From positions 1-64,000 of IMG/VR virus record IMGVR_UViG_3300010163_000014: 64,000 bases of DNA; one strand, 5' to 3'. This stretch comes from a virus (lineage: Duplodnaviria; Caudoviricetes). Shown here one piece after another: positions 1 to 10,891 of the stretch (positions within the stretch are counted from its first letter, which is position 1; every line of letters starts with the position of its first letter). The position numbers and the translations under genes were made by a program. The notes beneath the pieces are model-generated. The model did not search any database, was not told the origin of the DNA, and saw only the letters and a list, made by a program, of their open reading frames with translations.

Positions 1-206
1 TTAAGTTAGCTAAAACTGAAAAATCTATCAATATTCTATTATGGAAATTCTTAGAGGATCATCATGTCCTTGAATCAGAGTCAGATATTAAATGCACCTT
101 AACTTATGAAAATGGTATCTTTAAAATCAATTTTGAAGGTGATTCTGATTTTATCTATACAATGAGACAATATTTAGAAGATAATAGGAGGCGATATGAT
201 GGATAA
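1..206 (+). CDS. Hypothetical protein, 5'-truncated by the window edge
   Basis: Open frame from position 3 (KLAKTEKSINILLWKF...) to TAA at 204-206; contains the AGGAGG RBS of the next gene. Confidence 0.6.
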   Translation, partial: KLAKTEKSINILLWKFLEDHHVLESESDIKCTLTYENGIFKINFEGDSDFIYTMRQYLEDNRRRYDG

Positions 207-504
207 TTCTGATTTAGAGAAATTACAAGCTGATTTACAAAAAGCTTGCAAAGAGCATACCTTTTCATTCACTAATCCGGATGATTTTTCTACTTATAAA
301 GAAACACTTGAAAGTGAATATATGAAATGGATTACCAAACATGCCGTAGAAAATGATATAAACCCAGACGGTTTAAAAGTTACAGCTTCACTAAAGGTTA
401 TAGCTTCAGATTGTGAAGATGTACCGTATAAACTTGGCATACACATTGAAGGTCCCAAGGAATTAATGGAGTTACTCAATGGGCTAAACACGGAGGAAGG
501 CTAA
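196..504 (+). CDS. Hypothetical protein (102 aa)
   Basis: ORF with AGGAGG RBS; its stop overlaps the next start (TAATG). Confidence 0.75.
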   Translation: MMDNSDLEKLQADLQKACKEHTFSFTNPDDFSTYKETLESEYMKWITKHAVENDINPDGLKVTASLKVIASDCEDVPYKLGIHIEGPKELMELLNGLNTEEG

Positions 505-2541
505 TGATTAATTTCATTGATAAGTTTCCAAATGAATATGTCCAAGATTTCAATGATGACATTATTTTGGGAACTCAGGATACTCCTATTGTTAATTTCA
601 TCATACAAGCCATGAAAGAGACAGAGGCAATTGAAAATGTCCGTATTGAGGGAATTGAAATCGTTCCTGATCAAGACGAGGTCGATATCAATAATCATAC
701 GGTCAATATTAATTTCAAGAAGAAGAATCTGGATTCTATCGAAATCCCCAGATTCAAATATATGGCGGAATCCAGATATGGAGAGGTTGTCTTCCGTATT
801 CGAATCACAACCAATCTCAATGAGAAGATGATCGTCAAGAGAATCCTGTATCCCATTGAGCATGAAGGGTTCTACTATAATAACGGCAAGAGGATGAAGG
901 CAATTTGGCAGATTGTCGATGCCTCTACTTATTCTCAGCGTGGTAAGTTGACTCTGAAGAGTCGTATGCCTACTATTATCTATCAGAATAAACATCGGGT
1001 ATTTGCAGATGTGGAGGGAGTAGAGCATGCAATGACCTCTTACTCCTATGCACTGAATACCAAGTCAAAGAGACCTGGTTCTAAGACAAATACTCGGTTT
1101 ATCAATCCCCTGATGATTTACTTTGCAAAATGTGGATATCAGACTACCAGAGATTTCTTTGGTATGAAAGGTATCGTAGAGATAGCTCCCGAGTATAGTG
1201 AATCTGAATTGGAAGATAAAATCATCTTCCAGGTGGATAATCTCTTTGTGAAAGCAAATCGAAAACTCTTTGATGAATATGAACTGGTGAGATCCTTTGT
1301 CTGTATGATGTGTAATCTGAGATCTAAACTCTTTCCGGTTCAAATCGAAGATATGGAGGACAAGGAATTCTGGATCTGCCGGATTGGTACAGTTGGTGCA
1401 GCCAGAAATAAGAATATCATGTCTTTCAAGGAAAAGGGAGTTACCACTATCTATATGATAGAACGACTCCTCGATCAGATTACCATTGAGAATCTTCGTA
1501 TTCCGATGTATTATAAACAGAATATCTATTTCCTCATCTATTGGATGATCACCAATTTTAATGATTTGAGACGATATTCCAATATTGATATGAGAAATAA
1601 ACGTATTCGTAGAAATGAGTATATCGTATGCTCTACACTGGGAAAGAAAATCAATGAAAATATCAATCGTATTATTGAGAAACGCGGTAAATCTAAGATG
1701 AACACCATGGATACTCTTCTGGAGATCTTTAACTTTAACTCTGATATCATCGTATCTGGTATGAGAAATCTCAATGATGTAATTAAGTCCGATGATATTG
1801 TAAATGACATGAACTTCATTATTGATCTTTCCAATTCTTCCAAAGGCCCTGAGTGTAAATTGGGGCTCTATGTGGTAACACATAGATGCACACTCTGTGA
1901 ATTGCTGGGATATCCCTTTGGGACAATCAGCAGCCAAGCCTCATACTTTGAGGAAGGTTCATCGACTATCGAAAGGGTAGCCTAGAAATAGGTGAGTAAC
2001 TGAGTAGAGTACCGCCAAGTGGTAGGTTTCTAACTGAGATTAGGTTAGGGTAATACCTTTAAAGGGAAGTGCAGAGTATCCTAGAAATAGGATAAAGATA
2101 TAGTCAGTCCCTATGGTAACATAGGCAGTCGAAAGACGGGATAGAATAACGATCTATCTGGAATAAACGAATTCTTTGGGAGAAGGCAACTCCAAGATGA
2201 TCGCAGTCAAATATCGGTATCTACATCCATCCATGGTTGGTATCATGGATCTCAATGTCTCTTCTAACTCTGATGTTGGTATGAGTGGATCCTTTGTACC
2301 ATATGCAAAGCTATATGACAGATATTACTTCACTCCTGAGCATGAACCCTGTCAAGGGAGATATCTATTTGATAAATCTCTTCATGATGAACATGGCTTT
2401 GATATTGGGGTAGATACAGTTGATTTTGATACCTATATTTATCAGTTAGAAGAAGCAAATCAATATCGTGAACCTTTACAATACGAGAAGATCGAAATTG
2501 TAGAAAAAGAAACGGAAGATCCCAAAAAAGCTACGAAGTAG
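504..2541 (+). CDS. Phage multisubunit RNA polymerase beta subunit, N-terminal part; spliced join(504..1850,2170..2541), 572 aa
   Basis: Removing 1851-2169 restores an in-frame ...SSKGP|NSLGEGNSKMIAVKYRYLHPSMVGIMDL...SDVGMSGSF..., matching the beta-subunit GPGGL...VRDVHPSHYGRIC region. Its size suits the non-virion RNAP beta-N subunit of phiKZ/AR9-like phages (inference). Confidence 0.85.
1851..2169 (+). mobile_element. Group I intron (319 nt, no homing endonuclease ORF)
   Basis: Exon 1 ends in U (CCT at 1848-1850) and the intron ends in G (2169). P1: exon GGCCCU pairs with intron GGGGCU, with a U-G wobble at the splice site. Core elements P (AATTGCTGGGA), Q (AATCAGCAG), R (GTTCATCGACTA) and S (AAGATATAGTC) occur in order. 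Confidence 0.92.
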
Positions 2542-2550
2542 GTGTCTGAT

Positions 2551-3534
2551 ATGTCTAAGATTAAGGCGATTGTCAATATTGAAGGTATCGATGGGGTAGG
2601 AAAAGAGACAGTTGCTTTGAAGCTAAGAGAAGCATTATATCCCAATGCTTATTATAGTACATTCCCTAATTATAGTACGGAATCTGGTAAAACTGTTCGT
2701 GATATGTTAAATGGAGTTTATGGCGATCCAACTAAAATTGATCCTAAACTAATGGGTATGCCCCTTACCATTGATCGTAGAATTGAGTATAATGCCATGG
2801 CCGATTACTTTGATAATCTATGTCCGCATCCAGAGAATATCTATTATATCTGCAATAGAAGTTGGCTGAGTAATCTCTTTTATCAAGGGACTAAGGTTTA
2901 TTTTAAACCTGTCTTTGATAGCATTCGCAAGGATTCTATTAATCAAGTTCATATCGTTCGTACGATGAAAGAAGCGTATGATTTGATTGAACAGATGAGA
3001 GGTGTAGTGATTGCTAAAGTAGCAATTGTGATACTACCTGCTACTTTCAGAGATGTCCCAATTGTCCTTGAAGGATATGGTAATCTTTCTCAATCTTTCA
3101 AGATGAAGAAACTAGATACCAAATTCCATAACAGTTCAAAAGAGCTTGATGACTATATTAATTGGCTTTATCAACGAGAGATTGTAGGCACTCCTATTGA
3201 GGGGAATAAATTCTACAATATTTATCTCACCAGACATGGGACTTTTGATAGTATTATCAAGACAATTACACAGAAGATTCATGAGACAAGAGACCATGCT
3301 GATCTCGTTGAATCCAATAATTCCTATTTGGGATTGGTTAATGCATTCTCTTATATGCTCATGTATGATCTGATTCCTAACCTTAATTGGATGGATACAA
3401 TTCCCGCTTTAGAAGATGGCTTTCATGTCAATTATCAGCAAACTGGAAGTACTCCTGAGGAAATCGATAAGATTTCTGACCGAACCGTTCAAGATATTCT
3501 CGAACTAATTGGAGCAAAACCCATTGGAGGCTAA
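2551..3534 (+). CDS. tmk: Thymidylate/dNMP kinase-like protein with a central insertion
   Basis: N-terminal P-loop IEGIDGVGKET, FPNY motif and CNRSWLSNLFYQG (dTMP-kinase DR/Y-Q-G motif); longer than the usual ~210 aa. Confidence 0.72.
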   Translation: MSKIKAIVNIEGIDGVGKETVALKLREALYPNAYYSTFPNYSTESGKTVRDMLNGVYGDPTKIDPKLMGMPLTIDRRIEYNAMADYFDNLCPHPENIYYICNRSWLSNLFYQGTKVYFKPVFDSIRKDSINQVHIVRTMKEAYDLIEQMRGVVIAKVAIVILPATFRDVPIVLEGYGNLSQSFKMKKLDTKFHNSSKELDDYINWLYQREIVGTPIEGNKFYNIYLTRHGTFDSIIKTITQKIHETRDHADLVESNNSYLGLVNAFSYMLMYDLIPNLNWMDTIPALEDGFHVNYQQTGSTPEEIDKISDRTVQDILELIGAKPIGG

Positions 3535-3539
3535 TTACC

Positions 3540-5546
3540 TTGACTATTGATTATTTTGGCGAACCTAGACTATCCGAAGAGGAACTTCATAAGAAGTATT
3601 TCAATCGGAAATTATGTCTAGTCATGGATGATGTCTTATCGTCGTCCAAAGTCTATCATGTGATCTTTCAAGAGCTTTTAGATATTCTAAAGTATGGGTT
3701 TGAAATCAAAGAGATTCGAACTCATCCTATCAAGTTTAAGTTTCATGCAGATGATAAGAAGAACTATACATTGGAGATTCGTCATCTGATTTCCAATCTG
3801 ATTATGTGGAAGATGTTTATGGACATCGATAAGGTAGAACTCTTAGATGAGAGCTATCTATTTGATGTGATTCATTTCTCTCCTCAGACTCTGAAAAAAT
3901 ATATTGATGAGAAACTATTACCCATCCACGATGGTGATTTTGCATCAAAGAATGCTATGGTTGATGATATCTGTCATGCCATTGTATGTATTTCTCATGC
4001 GTTCTGTCTATTGATGGGCATGTCTTTCTCTATGTATGATATCATGCAGACAGAGAAGAGACATCCTGAAGTTACCGAATTGATGAGAGGAGATGTCGAC
4101 CAATCTCTATCTCCGGATGAAATCGAACATGAACTCGATGAGAGAACGAAGAAGCTCACTCAGATTCTCATTGATGATGAATATAATAATGATCTGAAAC
4201 CTCTGTTGATTGGTAAGAATATCAAGCCCGCTCAGTTTAGGGAGTTTATCGTTAAGATCGGATTTAAGTCCGATATCAATGGTAATACAATCCCTGTCTT
4301 GATTAATTCTAATTTCTTGCTTGATGGGTTACCCAAACCCTCTAGTATCTATATCAATGCTCTGGGTGGTCGAAAGTCTCTTATCTTGACCAAAACCAAG
4401 ATGGGAGAACCCGGTGCATTCTCGAAGAAGCTTAGTAGTAATGCAACTACTCCTGGTATTCTGGGTACAGAAGAATGTTGCGATTCTGTTGGATACGTTC
4501 AATATCTTATTCATGATGATCTATTCCTGAAATTACTTGATGGTCGTACCTATTATGATCCATATGGTAATATGAAGATTCTCGATTATCAGAAAGATAA
4601 ACATTTGATTGGCAAGCTTGTTCCATTTAGGAGTCCTGCCACTTGTGCTGGGCATGATGGAATTTGTCAAGCTTGCTATGGGCATCTATTTGATATCAAT
4701 AAAGATCTATTCTCAGTTGGTACATTGGCGGCATTGAAAATCTCGGAGCCTGTTGGTCAGACAGTATTGTCTTCGAAACATCAACAGTCTACGAGTAGTT
4801 CTGCCATTAGTTTCTCTGAAGGATTCGATCAAACCTTTGAACTTACTTCTACTGAAATCACATTGAGATCTGATTCTGATGCGGACGCAGATATGTCCAT
4901 TCGACTTGGAGAGGTTTATACAGAAGAGATGGACGACTCTGAAGTCTATTATGTCACAGAGTTTGATCTCATTGATAATACAAGTGAAACGATCTTCCAT
5001 ATCAAAGAAGATCATGATGCTAAGATCTATCTGACCGATCAATTGATTACCACTTATAAGAGAATGAAAGATAAGTCTGCTCTGATTAGCTTGGAGGGTG
5101 TTGATGATGAGGAGTCCCTCTTCATTGTCGAGATTAAGAATAAAGAGCTGACTGAGCCGATCAAGATCTTCCAGAAACTCTTGAATCAAAATGATCATAT
5201 GGGTGCTCATACTCTGTCTGAACTATGCCAGAAGTTTGCAGAGAAGCTTATTGCTATGGGTACTCACTATGATCTCGTTCATGCTGAATGTATTATTCGG
5301 TCCCTTGTTCGTAGAAAGACCGATATTACAAGGTTCCCGGATTTCACTCCTGCTGGTAACCCGAATGATATTGATATTATCAAGTTGGACGATGCTCTAC
5401 TTTATAACCCCTCTCCTCTGGTATCAATGTCCTTTGGTTACCTCAAGAAACAACTTCTCGGTTCTGACCTGTATGAAAGGAATGGGATGTCTCATCTCGA
5501 TCCTCTGTGGATTCCTAGACTTAGTCAATATCTTACAGATCAGTAA
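3540..5546 (+). CDS. Phage multisubunit RNA polymerase beta' subunit, C-terminal part
   Basis: Bridge-helix-like GGRKSLILTKTKMGEPGAFSKKL, Zn site SPATC...GICQACYG and trigger-loop-like VGTLAALKISEPVGQTVLSSKH. Confidence 0.88.
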   Translation: MTIDYFGEPRLSEEELHKKYFNRKLCLVMDDVLSSSKVYHVIFQELLDILKYGFEIKEIRTHPIKFKFHADDKKNYTLEIRHLISNLIMWKMFMDIDKVELLDESYLFDVIHFSPQTLKKYIDEKLLPIHDGDFASKNAMVDDICHAIVCISHAFCLLMGMSFSMYDIMQTEKRHPEVTELMRGDVDQSLSPDEIEHELDERTKKLTQILIDDEYNNDLKPLLIGKNIKPAQFREFIVKIGFKSDINGNTIPVLINSNFLLDGLPKPSSIYINALGGRKSLILTKTKMGEPGAFSKKLSSNATTPGILGTEECCDSVGYVQYLIHDDLFLKLLDGRTYYDPYGNMKILDYQKDKHLIGKLVPFRSPATCAGHDGICQACYGHLFDINKDLFSVGTLAALKISEPVGQTVLSSKHQQSTSSSAISFSEGFDQTFELTSTEITLRSDSDADADMSIRLGEVYTEEMDDSEVYYVTEFDLIDNTSETIFHIKEDHDAKIYLTDQLITTYKRMKDKSALISLEGVDDEESLFIVEIKNKELTEPIKIFQKLLNQNDHMGAHTLSELCQKFAEKLIAMGTHYDLVHAECIIRSLVRRKTDITRFPDFTPAGNPNDIDIIKLDDALLYNPSPLVSMSFGYLKKQLLGSDLYERNGMSHLDPLWIPRLSQYLTDQ

Positions 5547-5569
5547 TTTGTAAGAGGAGTTGATTGAAT

Positions 5570-5725
5570 ATGATCTTGGGTCCAACCTGTGATAGATGTA
5601 ATATGAAATCTAGATGTTTACATTATCGATCTGGTAGAGAAACCTGCTACTATGAGTATAATAAGAAATTTAAACGTGAAAGTGAGAATTATCTCAATTA
5701 TAAAAAAGACGAAAAGAATAATTAG
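5570..5725 (+). CDS. Small Cys-rich protein (51 aa), absent from the ORF track
   Basis: GAGGAG RBS; MILGPTCDRCNMKSRCLHYRSGRETCYYEY...; TAG at 5723-5725. Confidence 0.65.
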   Translation: MILGPTCDRCNMKSRCLHYRSGRETCYYEYNKKFKRESENYLNYKKDEKNN

Positions 5726-5754
5726 CTTATTTTATCAATAAAGGAGAATTTCCT

Positions 5755-6036
5755 ATGATTGAAAATAGTCTCGAGGGAACTGTCAGGTTGATGCTTAGTG
5801 AGGACGCTCTTGATCGTCTTCAGGCTGAATTCATGCAGGTTGATATTCGAATTGATATGCTCGAAGATTTTCTGCAGCGAGCTGAAAATGGAGAGCCGAT
5901 GATGTTTCCTGCTACTCCGTTTGATCTACTTCAGATGCAGCTTAAAGTAATGAAAGAATATAAAGCGATTTTATTGACTCGTCTAACCATGATGAATCTT
6001 ATTGATAAAGAGAAAAGAGTTGAGGGAGACAAATGA
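5755..6036 (+). CDS. Small helical hypothetical protein (crAss001 gp48-like pattern)
   Basis: AAGGAG RBS; L-x2-Q-x3-M-x2-Y-x2-IL-x2-R pattern (LLQMQLKVMKEYKAILLTR). Family recalled, not searched. Confidence 0.55.
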   Translation: MIENSLEGTVRLMLSEDALDRLQAEFMQVDIRIDMLEDFLQRAENGEPMMFPATPFDLLQMQLKVMKEYKAILLTRLTMMNLIDKEKRVEGDK

Positions 6037-6452
6037 AAACTGGTGATTTTAATCTCGTTCCAAATGAAACATTTTGGAAGATCGAGGCTCGTACTCCGTT
6101 AGATAAATCTCTCTATAAAATGAAAGATATTATCGGCATGCTTGGTGTTAGTATTGATAACCTGATCTATAATATTACCGGTAACGCACCACTTTATGAA
6201 GAACCTCGTAATGAGCCGACCAAAAAATATGTGGAGCATATAAGATATCAAATCGTTCAGTTGGTTATGCAGTTATCAGTTCTCTTTGAGAAGATCAATG
6301 TTGCTCATTTAGACTGTGATCCAGATCTGGTAGAGAATATGGATGTTGATTTGCAGCGATTGGTTGAGCAACAGATCAGCCAATCTAAGGAGCAGATTGA
6401 AGAGCTTCTCAAGAAAGATCCGATCTATCCAGAGCTTGAGACTTTAGAGTAA
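6033..6452 (+). CDS. Hypothetical protein (139 aa)
   Basis: ATGA overlap with the upstream gene; followed by a terminator hairpin. Confidence 0.75.
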   Translation: MKTGDFNLVPNETFWKIEARTPLDKSLYKMKDIIGMLGVSIDNLIYNITGNAPLYEEPRNEPTKKYVEHIRYQIVQLVMQLSVLFEKINVAHLDCDPDLVENMDVDLQRLVEQQISQSKEQIEELLKKDPIYPELETLE

Positions 6453-6534
6453 AAGAAAAGAGGTGGGAGATAATCTCCCACCTCTTTTTTATGTAAATTT
6501 TTAAACTTAAAGTTAGACTGGACACATCATTACT

Positions 6535-8046
6535 ATGACTATATCGAGAGAGCTGGTGAATTTTATGACACCTACTATATTTACAACGAAACGGGGACTT
6601 GTGGTATGGCCATATGAAAAAGGTTTATCAAAATCATTAGAGAACTTCACATCATCTTATGATCAGGTATATCATAAGAGGGTTGAGGAAACTGGGTTTA
6701 TAGTTCCAAATTTCATGGGTAAGACTGCATTTATTACCCACGAGCAATCAAAATCATTTTTGATGAATCAATTTCCAAAGCATATTATCACTCTAGTAAA
6801 ACCAAATCGAATTGAGACAATGAATGAGTTTGAGATGAATCCGGATGTGAAATTAAAACCAGTTCAAGAGGAGATATTCAGTCAGATTCTCAATACCAGA
6901 GGATTCAATGATTGGTTTATCAATCTTCAGACTGGTCAGGGAAAGACAATGCTTGGAATATTTCTATCTCAGCATTTTAGAATGAAGACTATGATTACCT
7001 GCTATCTATCTGATATCTTAGATCAATGGGAACTCAGCTATCGAATTAGAACGAATATGAAATGTGATCGGATTATCCATATTGATAAGGGATCGATCAT
7101 TGACTCTTTTATGAATCCGAGATCTACTAGATATCATGTAGAGGACTATGATGTCTTCATGTCAACCCCAGGGTTACTTGCTGGATATTGCAAAGCAAAT
7201 GGATATGAGAAGTTGAATGAGTTCTTCAATAAAGCTGGAATCGGATTACTGATCTTTGATGAAGCACATCGGAATATTGCGAATATTGTCAAGATCAATG
7301 CTGTGACTAATGTCCTTCATACCTTATATCTATCTGCAGATTATGCGCAAGCTCAATATAAGAGAGAAGAGAAGTATTATCGAATCTTTGGAAATCGAAC
7401 TCTCATTGTGAAGCCATCTCAAGAGATGAAACTGACCATGCAGTATACCGATATTATTGTGATAGAGTATAATACTCACCCATCTGAGGCTGAGAAGTTT
7501 GCAATCAATAATGCATATGGTTATAGTGCTCAGAATTATCTCAAGTATCAGATGAATAAGGGTATGATGATTGATGTAATAGATTATACACTTCAATTGA
7601 TCATGTCTAAAGATACTCTAAGTGATAATCGAGTATTAATTCTTCTCAATAACATTGATCCATGTGATAAAATTTATGAGGTTCTTCGTAAGAAGTATAA
7701 GCAGCTACCAGTTGGAAGATTTCATTCCAGAGTACCAGATGATGAGAAGGATATCACATTGGAGTATGGTAGAATCATTGTAGCTACCTATTCCTCATTT
7801 AGTACTGGTAGAGATTTGAGTAAGATTAAATATGTGATTGGCACCAATCAGTCCAATAAGATAGAGGATAATCAATCTGGAGGAAGAGCAAGACCGATGG
7901 AAGATGGTTCCCATGTGAAATATATCATGTTGGTTGATGGTGGATTCGATTATTGTGTGAGAAAACTTAATACAAGACTATCTTATCTAAGAGAGACAAA
8001 GATGAGTACACCTGTTCGTTTCAAATATGAGCCTCAGTCCCAGTAA
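6535..8046 (+). CDS. Superfamily 2 (DEAH) helicase
   Basis: Walker A QTGQGKT, motif II FDEAH, motif III LSA, motif VI QSGGRARP. Confidence 0.9.
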   Translation: MTISRELVNFMTPTIFTTKRGLVVWPYEKGLSKSLENFTSSYDQVYHKRVEETGFIVPNFMGKTAFITHEQSKSFLMNQFPKHIITLVKPNRIETMNEFEMNPDVKLKPVQEEIFSQILNTRGFNDWFINLQTGQGKTMLGIFLSQHFRMKTMITCYLSDILDQWELSYRIRTNMKCDRIIHIDKGSIIDSFMNPRSTRYHVEDYDVFMSTPGLLAGYCKANGYEKLNEFFNKAGIGLLIFDEAHRNIANIVKINAVTNVLHTLYLSADYAQAQYKREEKYYRIFGNRTLIVKPSQEMKLTMQYTDIIVIEYNTHPSEAEKFAINNAYGYSAQNYLKYQMNKGMMIDVIDYTLQLIMSKDTLSDNRVLILLNNIDPCDKIYEVLRKKYKQLPVGRFHSRVPDDEKDITLEYGRIIVATYSSFSTGRDLSKIKYVIGTNQSNKIEDNQSGGRARPMEDGSHVKYIMLVDGGFDYCVRKLNTRLSYLRETKMSTPVRFKYEPQSQ

Positions 8047-8114
8047 AATGAGGCTCATATTTTTATCATTTTAAATTTACATCAGAGTAAATTAAAATTT
8101 AGGGGACAAAAATC

Positions 8115-8609
8115 ATGATTCTTGAGGTTTATCAGAGAAAAATAACAGCACAGGCGTTATCGGCAGCATGTTTAATGGGAGCTTTCGTGAGAAAACGTAC
8201 TCGATATGTAAATGAAAATGACTGTACATATACACCTTCTATTGAGGTGATTCAAGATACCAAGTTGATTCATCGAGCTGAAAAGCTCTGTAGAGGAAAT
8301 AATTCCATTCCCCTAGATATTCCTCTACAATACGTTCAATATATGCCACCCTTAATAAAGCATCATATGCCAATTCAGTGGGTGGATGATCTTTTATCTT
8401 CTAATCCAAAGCTGGAGATTACAATGCTGGCAGAACTATATCGGAAGAAGTTGACAATCTCTCTTCCATATAGCGCCATCTATTCTTTTCTCTATGATTA
8501 TTTCACATACTTCAAAAATGAAAATGGAGTATGTGAATATTTTATTTATGATAGAAAGGGTGATTATCCAGGGGATAAAGTCTATAAAATAGACCCCTTT
8601 TATATGTAA
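8115..8609 (+). CDS. Hypothetical protein (164 aa)
   Basis: ORF in a co-oriented gene block. Confidence 0.7.
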   Translation: MILEVYQRKITAQALSAACLMGAFVRKRTRYVNENDCTYTPSIEVIQDTKLIHRAEKLCRGNNSIPLDIPLQYVQYMPPLIKHHMPIQWVDDLLSSNPKLEITMLAELYRKKLTISLPYSAIYSFLYDYFTYFKNENGVCEYFIYDRKGDYPGDKVYKIDPFYM

Positions 8610-8652
8610 ATCAAATGAAAGGATACACTTCATTTTATGAGGTGGTGATAAT

Positions 8653-9294
8653 ATGAGTGCATTACAACCATTTCCTCTAACGAGGACGATTCATAAAGAT
8701 CCCGATATCTCTTTGGTGTTATATATCCCGCCGCCGGAGACAGTAGTCTTTGGTTCTAAATATACAGTCAATTATACTTCAACGTTATATCTCCAGATGA
8801 ATAAATCAATTCCTGGAGAAGATATTGAACAGTGGAAACTTAGAAGATTTGCAATCAAACCGAGCAATCTATTTAATGTGGTATATTTCTTCAATGAAGT
8901 AGTAGGATGGTTTCAAGACCCTGAGAAATCTGATATGTTTCTCACCGGAGCAAATGGAAATCTCCTATTCAATTCGAAATATGATGAATTATCTGCCACT
9001 ACGAAAAAGGGATACTTTGATGACCATGTCATGAAAGCAGTTCCTGCATTGGTAGAGGTAGCTCAAGGAAAATTCTCAGAGGGAATCTATCTCTTCATTA
9101 ATCGAAAATCTAATATGGTAGTATTGACATTGGATCGAGTAGAGGCGATCTTCAATGTCCTCAGGATGTTTAGTTTTACAAATGAAGTTCTGTTGACGAT
9201 TGATTTACTGCGTCATAGTGTAAACTGTGGTAAGATGATTACACAAGAGCAATACAATGAACGTAGAGCAAATCCAGGAGGCTTAAAATGGTAG
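8653..9294 (+). CDS. Hypothetical protein (213 aa)
   Basis: GAGGTGG RBS; ORF. Confidence 0.75.
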   Translation: MSALQPFPLTRTIHKDPDISLVLYIPPPETVVFGSKYTVNYTSTLYLQMNKSIPGEDIEQWKLRRFAIKPSNLFNVVYFFNEVVGWFQDPEKSDMFLTGANGNLLFNSKYDELSATTKKGYFDDHVMKAVPALVEVAQGKFSEGIYLFINRKSNMVVLTLDRVEAIFNVLRMFSFTNEVLLTIDLLRHSVNCGKMITQEQYNERRANPGGLKW

Positions 9295-9304
9295 GAGGAT
9301 TAAA

Positions 9305-9475
9305 ATGTTAACTGAATCTCAATGGGAACGAATTCAAGCTGGACGCGAAATAGTTGCACAAGAGATCGCGTATCGTCGATGCTTTGAATACGCGACGGCC
9401 ATTAGAAAAGTTGATAATCGCGGGTTCTGTATTCAATGGCTCAATGATAAATGTAAGCATTGCCCGTATCGATAA
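9305..9475 (+). CDS. Small hypothetical protein (56 aa), absent from the ORF track
   Basis: GGAGG RBS; MLTESQWERIQAGREIV...CKHCPYR; TAA at 9473-9475. Confidence 0.65.
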   Translation: MLTESQWERIQAGREIVAQEIAYRRCFEYATAIRKVDNRGFCIQWLNDKCKHCPYR

Positions 9476-9488
9476 GGAGGATTAATCT

Positions 9489-10187
9489 ATGGATGACAAT
9501 AACAACATTCAAGCACGGAGACTTGTAAAGCCAGGAGAGATCATCAATACAGAATATGATGTTCTCATTGATGGTGTCTTTCTCAGAGGACTTAAATTTC
9601 TGGATATGGATATGACAGAAGTTGACTCCACCAAAGTTTACCTATATGGTGAGTACTATTATATCTATAGAGGTCCTTGGGATTTGGCAAATGCTAATAA
9701 TCTCCCGGGAATCTATATGGATAAAGTTACCGGAAAGATCGTTCGGCTTGATCCTATTACTGCCGAAGATAAGGCACATTATTCCTATCGAGGGAAGATT
9801 TATCGTACTGATCCCTTTACGATTCAGGAGATTGCAAAAGAGGGTAAGCTCAATATTGTCAATATTCCTGAGTCCAGTAGGGCATTTATCACACCGCTGA
9901 AAGCCTCTGATGATATTCTGAAGAGGTTGGTAAAACTCGCCATTGCGGATAAGAACATTGCCCTGGATGATTATCGTGATCGGTTTGTCGATAAGAATGC
10001 CCTCTTCAACTTCAAGCAGGTTCTCAAGGGAGATAGTCGACTCTCTATGCTTCTCTTTGATCGTGGTATGAATGCCCTCAATTTGAAGTATACCATTATC
10101 TTGGAAGAGAAGAATCCTGAGAATCCCCTCTCTAAAGCTCTCTCTATGCCTCTTAAGGCTTGCTCTGAAGATACCTATGATATTTAA
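9489..10187 (+). CDS. Hypothetical protein (232 aa)
   Basis: AAGGAGG RBS; ORF. Confidence 0.8.
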   Translation: MDDNNNIQARRLVKPGEIINTEYDVLIDGVFLRGLKFLDMDMTEVDSTKVYLYGEYYYIYRGPWDLANANNLPGIYMDKVTGKIVRLDPITAEDKAHYSYRGKIYRTDPFTIQEIAKEGKLNIVNIPESSRAFITPLKASDDILKRLVKLAIADKNIALDDYRDRFVDKNALFNFKQVLKGDSRLSMLLFDRGMNALNLKYTIILEEKNPENPLSKALSMPLKACSEDTYDI

Positions 10188-10192
10188 GGAAG

Positions 10193-10753
10193 GTGAATAT
10201 TATGGCTACTCGAAACTACGTTAATATTCAGCATATCCTTCCCAAGCATGCGGACTTTGATCTTAATCTAATTAGACTAACTGATTATCCTGCATATCAG
10301 AATAAATATGGGTTCCTGCCTGATAAGATTCGATGCGTGATGGATCGAGAAGAAGGTATGTTGACTAAGACCAACTTCTATGATCCAGATGTGCAATATG
10401 ATAACGTCCCATTTTATCCAATTTCGATGCTTACTTTCATCATTCATCGCCTGTATCAGATGGGTGCAGAGGATGATCCTGAAGGTGAGCTCTATAAGTT
10501 TAGAATAAAGACACCAAATGGTCAATATGTCAAAATCGAGATCACGAATTGCCCAATTGATGAATTTGGGTGCAATTTCTGTGTGATTATTCTCACTAAT
10601 ACAAAGCACCCATACATGATTAAACTAATGACAGATCTTAATCTATCAGGTCCTGAAACAGTAATGTCTCTTGAACACTCTGTCTATCAGTTTCTCTTCA
10701 CCCCTGAAGTAGGGGACTTCTTAAAATATATCTTAGATGGTAAACCAGTTTAA
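10193..10753 (+). CDS. Hypothetical protein (186 aa)
   Basis: ORF followed by a terminator hairpin. Confidence 0.75.
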   Translation: MNIMATRNYVNIQHILPKHADFDLNLIRLTDYPAYQNKYGFLPDKIRCVMDREEGMLTKTNFYDPDVQYDNVPFYPISMLTFIIHRLYQMGAEDDPEGELYKFRIKTPNGQYVKIEITNCPIDEFGCNFCVIILTNTKHPYMIKLMTDLNLSGPETVMSLEHSVYQFLFTPEVGDFLKYILDGKPV

Positions 10754-10797
10754 AAAGAAAGATGGTGCGGGTTCTTTTCCGCACCATCTTTTTTATT
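10753..10797. terminator. Bidirectional intrinsic terminator
   Basis: AAAGATGGTGCGG ... CCGCACCATCTTT flanked by A and T runs. Confidence 0.8.
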
Positions 10798-10800
10798 GAA

Positions 10801-10891
10801 GAAAAACTGGTGTGGGAAGCCACCATTCTTCCCACACCATTTATCAAGGAGGATCTAACCATGACAGTCCTAACCGAGTCATTGTTAGATT
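10801..10891 (-). ncRNA. Candidate ~90-nt small RNA with an exposed anti-Shine-Dalgarno CCUCCUU
   Basis: AACA-N6-TA on the minus strand (10891-10902), a 5' hairpin starting at the predicted +1, single-stranded CCUCCUU (10846-10852), then a 12-bp hairpin plus T run. Confidence 0.45.

Noticed and set aside
1851-1985. C-terminal ECKLGLYVV...IERVA of the 493-aa ORF
   Set aside because: Read-through into the group I intron; the spliced frame restores the conserved RNAP motif.
1851-2169. Intron-encoded homing endonuclease
   Set aside because: The intron is only 319 nt and has no internal ORF of suitable size.
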